Below are positions 1 to 7,688 of a stretch of 64,000 nt of DNA, piece by piece (position 1 is the stretch's first letter; every line of letters starts with the position of its first letter). The position numbers and the translations under genes were made by a program. Under the pieces are notes generated by a model. The model was given only the letters and a program-made list of their open reading frames with translations. It was not told the DNA's origin and made no database searches. The DNA is from an uncultured Candidatus Saccharibacteria bacterium (lineage in GTDB: Bacteria; Patescibacteriota; Minisyncoccia; Minisyncoccales; Staskawiczbacteraceae): positions 71,489 to 135,488 of the forward strand of contig CAYZNK010000002.1 in NCBI GenBank assembly GCA_964479955.1. Reading direction: 5' to 3'.

Positions 1-345
1 TTTTTTTCATGGAAGTCATACGGGACAAAGCAAATTGAAAAAACCTGGGCCAAGATAAAAAGCAGGATTGATTCCGGGATTGAATCGGAATTAAAGCTTG
101 CCATAATTGAAGCAGATGATTTTTTAACCGGAATTTTAGACGAGAGGGGATATGAAGAGGGAGATTTTCAGGAAAAAATTAAAAACGCCGCAAATTCATC
201 AACCTTAAATTTGCCTCAAATCATTTGGGCGCACGAAACAAGGAATTCTGTTGTATATAATCCTGATTTTAAAATAAGCAAGGAAGACGCAATAAAAGTT
301 TTACAGACGTACAAAAACGCAATAGATAGTATGGGGTCTGCATAG
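1..345 (+). CDS. hypothetical protein, C-terminal fragment (5' end outside window)
   Basis: Frame 1 is open from base 1 to TAG at 343-345 (...KNAIDSMGSA*). A hairpin plus T-run follows. No family recognised. Confidence 0.5.
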   Translation, partial: FFSWKSYGTKQIEKTWAKIKSRIDSGIESELKLAIIEADDFLTGILDERGYEEGDFQEKIKNAANSSTLNLPQIIWAHETRNSVVYNPDFKISKEDAIKVLQTYKNAIDSMGSA

Positions 346-367
346 TTTTAATTTTTACAGCAAAATT

Positions 368-392
368 AACCGCTTTTCAGGGCGGTTTTTTT
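368..392 (+). terminator. intrinsic terminator
   Basis: aaccgc-ttttcag-gcggtt followed by a T-run. Confidence 0.6.
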
Positions 393-552
393 GTGTTAAG
401 ATTATTAAAATCGGATTTAGTCTACAGGGCTGGAGCTATAAGCAGTAAAACAGTGCTTATGGCAACAAGGCTTATCAGGACAGTCCATGTTATCCTGAAA
501 ATTGTTTTATGTTTGATTTTCATGGAAGTTATATTTTATAAAATATTATATA

Positions 553-963
553 ATGGATTTCAATAAAAAACAAAGGGGAGATATTTTTAAAAAGCTGTTT
601 TTAAAAGCCGGGGCTTTAATTATTACTCTTGTCCTTATAATTTTAATTATTGCAAATATTAAAATTTACAAAAAAAGAAAAAGCCTTGAGTCAGAAATTT
701 TAAGGTATGAACAGCAAATTCAGGAGCTAAAAGACAGAAATAAAGACATAGAAGAGCGTCTGGAAAACTCTGATAACTCAGAGTATATTGAAAAGATAGC
801 AAGAGAAGAGCAAGACATGCAAAAGCCCGGAGAAAGCGTAGTTGCTTTTATTATGCCAGATCAGCAAAACAAGCAAACGCCACAAGGAAATTTTGATTTC
901 ACTAATAAGTGGTTTGGCTGGGCGGCAAGTTTCTGGAGTCATATTTTAAGTATTTTTAAATAA
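553..963 (+). CDS. septum formation initiator (FtsB/DivIC-like)
   Basis: 136 aa with an N-terminal TM helix and a coiled coil. Contains a YIEKIAREEQDMQKPGE motif typical of FtsB/DivIC. Confidence 0.6.
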   Translation: MDFNKKQRGDIFKKLFLKAGALIITLVLIILIIANIKIYKKRKSLESEILRYEQQIQELKDRNKDIEERLENSDNSEYIEKIAREEQDMQKPGESVVAFIMPDQQNKQTPQGNFDFTNKWFGWAASFWSHILSIFK

Positions 964-989
964 TTTACACTGAAACAGTAGGTTGAAGT

Positions 990-1063
990 GCGGGTATAGT
1001 ATAATGGTAGTACACAACCTTCCCAAGGTTGGGGCGTGAGTCCGATTCTCATTACCCGCTCCA
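990..1063 (+). tRNA. tRNA-Gly(CCC), CCA encoded
   Basis: Manual cloverleaf: acceptor gcgggta/tacccgc, anticodon arm caacc-ttCCCaa-ggttg, T arm gtgag-tccgatt-ctcat. 74 nt. Confidence 0.85.
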
Positions 1064-1132
1064 AAATTAAACTTCCAGAACAACGAAAAAATTTTTATCG
1101 TGGAGCAGAATTGTATATATGTTCACGAATAA

Positions 1133-1204
1133 GCCGGAGTAACTCAGTGGTAGAGTAGCTACTTCGTAAGTAGCAAGCCGTGGGTTCAAATCCCACCTCC
1201 GGCT
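1133..1204 (+). tRNA. tRNA-Thr(CGU)
   Basis: Acceptor gccggag/ctccggc, anticodon arm gctac-ttCGTaa-gtagc, T arm gtggg-ttcaaat-cccac. No encoded CCA. Confidence 0.85.
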
Positions 1205-1299
1205 CAGTTGCCAAACACCTCACCCCGCCATGGCTGAGTGAGGTGTTTAGTTTGCAATGGTTGCTTTTTAAAATAATTTGTGTTATTATTAAAATGCGC

Positions 1300-1464
1300 G
1301 AAATTAATAATAAATCAATTGATATGCAGGCTCGGTTGAGCTGAGCACAGCTCCTTTTTAGGGAAAAGTATCCCGCGCCGCTTTTGCGGAATTAAAGCCG
1401 GCAGAAAAGTTATGCTCTCGAGCCCCAAGGGGCGTTGTGCGCGCAACAACGCCCCTCTTTTTTT
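1300..1464 (+). promoter_or_regulatory. structured leader or small RNA ending in a strong terminator, 30 nt upstream of prfB
   Basis: GC-rich block with local hairpins (gagct-gagcac-agctc) and a long-range ggctcg/cgagcc pairing. It ends in ggggcgttgtgc-gc-gcaacaacgcccc plus T7 (1429-1464). Confidence 0.4.
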
Positions 1465-1493
1465 ATATTTAAAAATATGATAATTTAAAATAA

Positions 1494-2613
1494 ATGGCAG
1501 AAAAAAACAGCAAAACAGAAGAATTGAAAAACAGGCTCCATCTTTTGATGGAGCGTCTTTGAGATTGATAGCAAAAAAATAAAGCTATCTGATTTGGAAA
1601 AGGAATCTTTAATGCCTGATTTTTGGAAAGACCCTCAAAAAGCGGCCGCAGTACAGCAGGAAATTTCTTTAATAAAAGAAGAAACTGAAGAAATAGAATC
1701 AACAGAAAAAGATTTGCTTGATTTGGAGTCTTTTGAAAAACTTTTATTAGAAGATAAAGAAATGGATCCGGAGATTGAAAAAAAACGGGGGGCCGTTGAA
1801 AAAAAAATAGAAAAGCAGGAATTTAAAGTTTTTCTCTCTGGAAAATATGATAAAAATAATGCTATATTGGAAATATACTCTGGGGCAGGAGGTCAGGATT
1901 CGCAGGATTGGGCAACAATGCTTTTGCGTATGTATGAAAAATATTGCGCAAGAAAAAGTTTCAAGATAAGCATTTTGCATCAGGCGTTTGGAGAGTCAGG
2001 AGGGCCAGAAGGAAGAATTGGCACAAAGAACGTTGTTGCGCAAATAAAAGGAAAATATGCATACGGATTTTTAAGAAGAGAAAGTGGCGTCCATAGGCTT
2101 GTAAGAATTTCTCCTTTTAATGCGCAAAAACTTAGGCACACTTCTTTTGCAATAGTTAATGTTCTGCCAGAATTGGATAACGCAGGCAATGAAATTAATA
2201 TTAGTCCGGATGATTTGAAAATTGATACATTTAAAGCTTCGGGTCCCGGCGGGCAATATGTAAATAAAACAGAGTCGGCTGTAAGGATAACGCATATTCC
2301 AACCGGAATTGTTGTTTCTTCGCAATCAGAGAGATTACAGGGGAGGAACAAAGAAAACGCAATGAAAATTTTGGAATCAAAACTTTACCAGTTAAAAGAA
2401 GAATCGCACGCAAAGGAATTAAAAGAAATAAAAGGAGACTTGGTTCCGGCAAGCTGGGGAAACCAAATAAGGTCATATGTTTTGCACCCTTATAAAATGG
2501 TTAAGGATTTGAGGACGCAGTATGAAACCTCAGACGCAGATTCTGTTTTGGAGGGAGATTTGGAGAAGTTTATAGAATCGCAACTGAGAACTATAACCAA
2601 CAAAAATGATTAA
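1494..2613 (+). CDS. prfB: peptide chain release factor 2 with programmed +1 frameshift: join(1494..1559,1561..2613)
   Basis: ORF0 MAEKNSKTEELKNRLHLLMERL ends at CTT TGA G (TGA 1560-1562). The +1 frame from GAG 1561 is the same frame as track ORF 1594..2613. SPF and GGQ motifs are present. Confidence 0.9.
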
Positions 2614-3286
2614 ATTTAATAATGTAACAAAAATTTATCCCCCAAAGTCAATTGTCCTGCAGGATATTTCTTTTGAGATAAAAAAGGGAGAGTTTGTTTC
2701 TGTGGTTGGAAAATCGGGGTCTGGAAAAACCAGCTTAACAAGGTTGATACTTGGTTTGGAAGAGCCCACAACAGGAGAGGTTTTTTTTGAAGACACAAAT
2801 ATGAGCAATATTGATTCTTTGCAGCTCCAGAAGATGAGAAGGAAAATTGGGGTTGTTTATCAGGATTATAAATTATTGCCCACAAAAACAGTTTGGGAAA
2901 ATGTTGCTTATGTTATGGCAGTGGAGGGCAAAAAAGACAGCGAAATAAATTCAGAAGTCCCAAAAATATTGAATATAATAGGGCTTGAGGGAAAAGAGTT
3001 AAATTTTCCTTCAGAGCTTTCAGGCGGAGAACAGCAAAGGCTTGCTATTGCCAGGGCGCTTGTAAATCATCCTGATTTAATTATTGCAGACGAGCCATGC
3101 GCAAACCTTGACCCTTATAACACATACGAAGTGATTTCGCTTTTACAAAAAATAAACCAGGCAGGCAAAACAATTATTCTTGCCACCCATGACAAAGAGA
3201 CAATAAACAAGTTAGGCAAAAGGGTGATTACCATTGAAAAGGGGAGAGTTGTAAGGGATGAAGAAGCCGGCAGGTTCATAATTTAA
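2606..3286 (+). CDS. ftsE: cell division ATP-binding protein FtsE
   Basis: Walker A GKSGSGKT, ABC signature LSGGEQQR and Walker B present. Followed by ftsX. Confidence 0.9.
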   Translation: MIKFNNVTKIYPPKSIVLQDISFEIKKGEFVSVVGKSGSGKTSLTRLILGLEEPTTGEVFFEDTNMSNIDSLQLQKMRRKIGVVYQDYKLLPTKTVWENVAYVMAVEGKKDSEINSEVPKILNIIGLEGKELNFPSELSGGEQQRLAIARALVNHPDLIIADEPCANLDPYNTYEVISLLQKINQAGKTIILATHDKETINKLGKRVITIEKGRVVRDEEAGRFII

Positions 3287-3418
3287 ATGAGGAAGGAGTG
3301 AAAATAAATTTTCACTCCGACCGAATGTAAAATTATATAAAAATTAAAATAGTTTTTCTATAATTTAAATGAGGAAGAAATGAAAATTTATTTTCATTTC
3401 GACTGAATGTAAAATTAT
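3278..3418 (+). repeat. tandem duplication (period 82 nt) of the ftsE stop region plus a hairpin
   Basis: ataatttaaatgagg...gaatgtaaaattat occurs twice. Hairpin 1 is ggagtgaaaa-taa-attttcactcc and hairpin 2 is gaaatgaaaa-ttt-attttcatttc (paired substitutions). Confidence 0.8.
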
Positions 3419-3452
3419 CAGGTTATAATCGTAAAATATTAAACCTTAAATA

Positions 3453-4367
3453 ATGATTACTTATTTAAAAAGGATTTTAAAATTTGCGTTTCAGGATTTT
3501 AACAGAAATAAGGGAATTTCCATTGCTGCAATTTTTGTTTTGATGATTACAATGATGCTTGTAAGCGGAATTTTTCTGACACAGGGAATGATGTCTTACT
3601 TAATTTCCGAAGTAAAAAATAAAATAGATATTACAGCATACTTTAAAGACGACACTTCAGAAGAAGAAATTTTGGCTGTCAAAGATGCAATATTGGCATC
3701 TTCTTCTGACATAAAAAACATAAAATATATTTCAAGGGAGCAGGCTCTGGTATCATTCAATCAAAAGCACGGAGACGATGCGGTTTTATTAAGGGCATTA
3801 GAGCAGGTTGGAGACAACCCGTTTTTGCCGTCTTTAAACATTGTCACAAATGGGGAGACAGCCCAGTATGAGCAGATTTCAAACACACTGGAAACTTCAA
3901 ATTATGCCAAGCTCATTGAAAAAGTTGATTATTCTGAAAAAAAAGATACAATAGAAAAGGTTTATTCAATTACCTCAAATGTCAATAAATTTGGCATAGT
4001 GGCCGGAATTGTTTTAATTATTATTGCAGTTTTAGTTGTTTTCAACACTATAAAGCTGGCTGTTGAGAGCTCAAAGGCGGAAATAAGTACAATGAGAATA
4101 GTTGGGGCTTCCGACTGGTTTGTAAAAGGGCCGTTTATAATCCAAGGGGTTATCTATGGGGTCATAGGATTTTTGATAAGCGCATTATTGCTGGGGATGT
4201 TTACTTATCTGCTCTCACCAAAAATTGCGCTAGTGCTTCCGGGATTTGATTTGTACGATTATTACTTTTCGCGATTTTGGCTCCTGTCTTTAATACAATT
4301 GATTTTTGGAGTTGGTGTGGGAATTGCCTCCAGCCTTATTGTAATAAAAAAGCATTTGGATATTTAG
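3453..4367 (+). CDS. ftsX: cell division permease-like protein FtsX
   Basis: 304 aa with an N-terminal TM, an extracytoplasmic domain and 3 C-terminal TMs. Sits downstream of ftsE. Confidence 0.85.
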   Translation: MITYLKRILKFAFQDFNRNKGISIAAIFVLMITMMLVSGIFLTQGMMSYLISEVKNKIDITAYFKDDTSEEEILAVKDAILASSSDIKNIKYISREQALVSFNQKHGDDAVLLRALEQVGDNPFLPSLNIVTNGETAQYEQISNTLETSNYAKLIEKVDYSEKKDTIEKVYSITSNVNKFGIVAGIVLIIIAVLVVFNTIKLAVESSKAEISTMRIVGASDWFVKGPFIIQGVIYGVIGFLISALLLGMFTYLLSPKIALVLPGFDLYDYYFSRFWLLSLIQLIFGVGVGIASSLIVIKKHLDI

Positions 4368-4381
4368 GAATTTAAAATCAT

Positions 4382-4452
4382 TGCGGGATCGTCTAATGGT
4401 AGGACATCGCCCTCTGGAGGCGAGTATCTTGGTTCGAATCCAAGTCCCGCAG
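4382..4452 (+). tRNA. tRNA-Gln(CUG)
   Basis: Acceptor tgcggga/tcccgca, anticodon arm tcgcc-ctCTGga-ggcga, T arm cttgg-ttcgaat-ccaag. 71 nt. Confidence 0.85.
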
Positions 4453-4454
4453 CA

Positions 4455-4619
4455 TTAGCAATCTTCAATATCTTTAGATATTGAAGATTGGTATTGTTAA
4501 GGCGGACTTTGTATGAGAACCAAGCCCCCGAATTGCGCCGAGCCAACAGGGAACCCCGCCACAGCGGGGCGAGGCGGCAATGCTTTCGAGAACTGCCTTC
4601 GAATCCAAGTCCCGCAGCA
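4455..4619 (+). repeat. tRNA-3'-end-associated hairpin element (copy at tRNA-Gln)
   Basis: Parts in order: a 15-bp AT palindrome (4459-4490), an inverted diverged copy of the tRNA-Gln 3' part, cccccgaattg, the hairpin cgaggc-ggcaat-gctttcg, then an exact 22-nt direct copy of the tRNA 3' end (4598-4619 = 4433-4454). Confidence 0.75.
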
Positions 4620-4739
4620 GTTTGAGTAAATTTTTAGGCGTTGCTAAATGCCTTAAAATTTACTCTTATAACAGCGGATTTTGTATAATAACCTTTAAAA
4701 TGGTTGAGTATATAATATTTCTATAGCGCGTTTTACTTT

Positions 4740-5372
4740 ATGAAAAATATTATGAAAAATAAAATAATAACAATAATAATCTTAATCGTTGTTGTTATAG
4801 TTTTGGCAGGAGGCATTGTTTATTATATAAAACAAAATAAACCAATGTCTGGAATCGGTATTACAGAAAATAATCAGACGGCTAATGAGGAGCAACTACC
4901 AAACAAAATAGTGACTGATGATTTTTCCATTACTCTTCCAATAGGATGGAGCAAAACTACTAATACGGTGCCAGGTGTTTTGGCTTTGGCTGCCAATCCT
5001 AATGAAAAGATTAATGACGAAGCAGCAGAAAAGATTAATTTTAAAAGTTATTTAGCAATAAGTTCCGAAGCGCTTTCCGGAAAAAATTTGGAAGAATATA
5101 TGCAATCTACCAAAAATGAAATACAAGCAACGATTTCCGGAACTATTTTTAGTAATGAAAATGCTTTAATAATAAACAATAGGTCTGCCCGCGCCGTTGA
5201 GGCAGAAATGACTCAGCAGGGAGTGGATTTTAAAGTTTTAATGGTTGTAATCAATGGAAACAGAGATAGTGTTTGGGTATTATCCTACAACACTACAAAA
5301 AATGATTGGGCTGGTTATAAAGATCATTTTGCCGAAAGCGCTAAAAGTTTTATCATAAAGAGTGAAAATTAA
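4740..5372 (+). CDS. membrane-anchored or exported hypothetical protein
   Basis: 210 aa with an N-terminal hydrophobic anchor. No motif recognised. Confidence 0.6.
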   Translation: MKNIMKNKIITIIILIVVVIVLAGGIVYYIKQNKPMSGIGITENNQTANEEQLPNKIVTDDFSITLPIGWSKTTNTVPGVLALAANPNEKINDEAAEKINFKSYLAISSEALSGKNLEEYMQSTKNEIQATISGTIFSNENALIINNRSARAVEAEMTQQGVDFKVLMVVINGNRDSVWVLSYNTTKNDWAGYKDHFAESAKSFIIKSEN

Positions 5373-5670
5373 AAATTGAAAAAAATCCGACAATAGAACA
5401 AAAAGACTTAATACCAATCTCAAGTCTTTTTTTAAGTTTATTTTTGTTTTATTCTTCTGTCTTTGCCGTGGCTTAAATCTAATCTTTTTGCCAAATTGGC
5501 AGGTATTGTTTTAACCCTTAAATTTTTTATAGGGCGGGGGATTGGTTTTTGCCCCTGATTTTTTTTGGAAAAATATTGATTCATGCCTTTATTATACACT
5601 AAAATTAAAAAGCTTTTAATTGCCAAAATTTTTTGTTAAAATAAAATAATAAAATTAAAATTTTAATATT

Positions 5671-5982
5671 ATGGCAAATATTGAAAAAAGAGACCCTGTG
5701 CTGGTTGTTATTTTAAGTATAATCACACTGGGCATATACATAATTTACTGGTTTGTAAAAACCAAAGAAGAAATGAAATCCCTTGGAGCCGATATTCCAA
5801 CAGCTTGGTTGATAATAGTTCCTGTTGCCAATGTTTATCTGCTTTATAAATACTGTGAAGGGTTTTCTGTTTATGTTAAAAAAGATAATATGGGGTCCGT
5901 ATGGTTTTTAGTTGCCTTGGCAATCCATATTTTAATAATTCCAATTATTCAAGTTGAGTTAAATAAATTGGCAGAAGCTTAA
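5671..5982 (+). CDS. small membrane protein (DUF4234-like)
   Basis: 103 aa with 3 TMs. The ILSIITLGIYIIYWF motif resembles DUF4234. Confidence 0.5.
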   Translation: MANIEKRDPVLVVILSIITLGIYIIYWFVKTKEEMKSLGADIPTAWLIIVPVANVYLLYKYCEGFSVYVKKDNMGSVWFLVALAIHILIIPIIQVELNKLAEA

Positions 5983-5985
5983 TTT

Positions 5986-6897
5986 ATGGCTTATTGGCTG
6001 ATTGTTATAATAATAGCGTATTTCTTTTTTGCTCTGTCTGCTCTTGGGGATAAGCTTGTTTTGGCTGGCCCCGCAAACCCCAAGGCATATGTGTTTTATG
6101 TTGGGTTATTGAGCATACTGGCTGTTTTTTTGATTCCGTTCGTTGGAATTAAAATTCCCACAACGGGCATGTTTTTTCTGATTGCACTTGATGCAATTAT
6201 TTTTTATATTGCTTTGTATTTTGGGTTTGTGGCAGTTGAAAAATTTGAGATTTCAAGGGTTGCTGTAACAATAGGGGCAACCCAGCCCATATTTATATTT
6301 TTTGTTTCATGGATTTTTTGGGGGTACCAGGGAATTGGATTTTTGGGATTTTTGGCGTTTATTTTTTTGTTTTTAGGAAGCATTATTGTTTCTTTTGACA
6401 AGAAGCTGGAATTTAAAAACAAATACCTGGCGCTTACTCTTTTTGCATCATTGATGTATTCTTTTGATTATTTGATGTCAAAATACATTTTTGAATATTT
6501 TTCCTTTTGGCACGGAATAATATTCAAAAGCGTATTTTTATTTTTAATTTCCATTAGCTTAATTTTAATAAAAAAGAACAGGCAGGAAATCTTAAAGAAA
6601 AATAAAAATTCAGAAAAACAGAAATCATTTGGCAAGTTATTTTTAGCAACGCAGGCATGCGGGGCAGGGGCTAATGTTTTGCAGAGTTTTGCTATTTTTC
6701 TAACGCCGGTGGGATTTTTGCCGGTTTTAAATTCATTAAGGGGATTGCAATATATTTTCTTGTTTACATTTACTTTGTTTATAACGCGTTTTTTCCCTAA
6801 AATCCTCAAAGAAAAAATTTCAAAGAAAACAATAACCAGAAAGGCATTTTCCATTCTTTTAATTATTCTTGGCCTGACGGCTTTGATTTTTTGCTAA
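5986..6897 (+). CDS. polytopic membrane protein, DMT/EamA-like
   Basis: 303 aa with about 10 hydrophobic helices. The family call is tentative. Confidence 0.45.
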   Translation: MAYWLIVIIIAYFFFALSALGDKLVLAGPANPKAYVFYVGLLSILAVFLIPFVGIKIPTTGMFFLIALDAIIFYIALYFGFVAVEKFEISRVAVTIGATQPIFIFFVSWIFWGYQGIGFLGFLAFIFLFLGSIIVSFDKKLEFKNKYLALTLFASLMYSFDYLMSKYIFEYFSFWHGIIFKSVFLFLISISLILIKKNRQEILKKNKNSEKQKSFGKLFLATQACGAGANVLQSFAIFLTPVGFLPVLNSLRGLQYIFLFTFTLFITRFFPKILKEKISKKTITRKAFSILLIILGLTALIFC

Positions 6898-6954
6898 ATA
6901 TTGACTTTAAGTGATTTTTTTATTAACCTATTATTAATCTAAACAAATTGAGCA

Positions 6955-7134
6955 AGCGTGCTTTTCCGGGGTGGCTTGGCAGATTCTTACCCCTTGACAT
7001 GCCAGAAGGTTAGGACCCTCCAAATTTTCCTGACTTTCTTTTGCCAGCCACCCTTTTGTTCTTTAAGGTTCCGCCCTTGGGCGGGTCCATCTTGCCCCGG
7101 GCCGCTGTGTCTTTATGACCCAGCGGCCTTTTTT
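6955..7134 (+). ncRNA. candidate structured small RNA, class unknown
   Basis: GC-rich island in an AT-rich spacer. Contains the helix ggggtggcttggcag/ctgccagccaccc and the hairpin ccgccc-ttg-ggcgg. Terminator is ggccgctg...cagcggcc plus T6 (7099-7134). Confidence 0.45.
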
Positions 7135-7179
7135 GATGAAATCTGAAAAATCTCACAGATTTGATTTACAGACAAGGGA

Positions 7180-7207
7180 TTGACAATCTTTTTTGTTTTG
7201 GTATGAT
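7180..7207 (+). promoter_or_regulatory. sigma70-type promoter
   Basis: TTGACA, 16-nt spacer, TATGAT. Confidence 0.55.
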
Positions 7208-7213
7208 TAAGAT

Positions 7214-7362
7214 AAACATCCTTGTGGGTGTGCTGGCGAACGGCGCTTGGAGCCCTTGCGCAGCCCTAGGCAAGGGCTCCTCTTTGCACTTTTATATTTC
7301 CTAATCATTCCGCTTTGAGCGGATTGCGTTCATTCTGGGGGTGCTGAAAAGTTCAGTACCCC
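7214..7362 (+). ncRNA. candidate structured small RNA, class unknown
   Basis: Lies downstream of the promoter above. Hairpins ggagcccttgc...gcaagggctcc and ccgc-tttga-gcgg. Strong terminator gggggtgctgaa-aa-gttcagtaccccc plus T-run. Confidence 0.5.
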
Positions 7363-7406
7363 CTATTTTTTTATAAAAAAAAGAAATAAAATAAAACTTT
7401 TATCAG

Positions 7407-7435
7407 TTGACCAACCTATATTTTTTTGTTAAAAT
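7407..7435 (+). promoter_or_regulatory. sigma70-type promoter of the tRNA-Ile locus
   Basis: TTGACC, 17-nt spacer, TAAAAT. Confidence 0.5.
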
Positions 7436-7455
7436 TTAAACAGGTTTTGTTGCTT

Positions 7456-7482
7456 GGGCATTAATTCAGTGGTAGAACGCTG
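7456..7482 (+). pseudogene. tRNA-Ile 5' fragment (positions about 1-28)
   Basis: gggcattaattcagtggtagaacgctg versus the gene's gggcgattagttcagtggtagaacgctg (1 indel, 1 mismatch). Confidence 0.7.
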
Positions 7483-7502
7483 AACTGGTTAGTGGAAATG
7501 GT

Positions 7503-7577
7503 GGGCGATTAGTTCAGTGGTAGAACGCTGTCCTGATAAGACAGAGGTCAAAGGTCCGATTCCTTTATCGCCCACCA
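7503..7577 (+). tRNA. tRNA-Ile(GAU), CCA encoded
   Basis: Acceptor gggcgat/atcgccc, anticodon arm ctgtc-ctGATaa-gacag, T arm aaagg-tccgatt-ccttt. 75 nt. Confidence 0.85.
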
Positions 7578-7622
7578 TTTCCACTAAAAGCGCACATATA
7601 AAAAATAAATAAAAAAGCTTTG

Positions 7623-7663
7623 TAAGACAGAGGCCAAAAGTCCGATTCCTTTATCGCCCACCA
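7623..7663 (+). pseudogene. tRNA-Ile 3' fragment (positions about 37-76 including CCA)
   Basis: taagacagaggccaaaagtccgattcctttatcgcccacca has 2 mismatches to 7537-7577. Confidence 0.75.
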
Positions 7664-7688
7664 AAGTTTTAAAAAACAAAACAAAAAT

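Noticed and set aside
1560-1562. Alternative genetic code with UGA as a sense codon, as in some candidate phyla.
   Set aside because: A full RF2 gene is present with a UGA-dependent frameshift site. UGA also terminates ORFs such as 60437..60622.
3278-3418. CRISPR array, considered for this tandem repeat and for the AATACGTATT triplet at 30948-30981.
   Set aside because: There are only 2-3 units with no unique spacers of CRISPR size, and no cas genes lie in the window.
4364-4546. 60-aa minus ORF overlapping tRNA-Gln.
   Set aside because: It overlaps a confident tRNA and the GC-rich element, so it is a chance frame.
5438-5626. 62-aa (or 48-aa from the internal ATG) basic minus-strand ORF between two plus-strand genes.
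   Set aside because: It has no recognisable family, no clear promoter or SD, and AT-rich low-complexity sequence. There is not enough support to call it.
6955-7362. Assignment of the GC-rich small RNAs (and of the 57.7-58.4 kb unit) to SRP RNA, 6S, RNase P RNA or tmRNA.
   Set aside because: The diagnostic strings I know were not found: GGAAAGTCC, the AGGUCCGGAAGGAAGCAGC-like domain IV, and a T-arm plus CCACCA. They are left unclassified.
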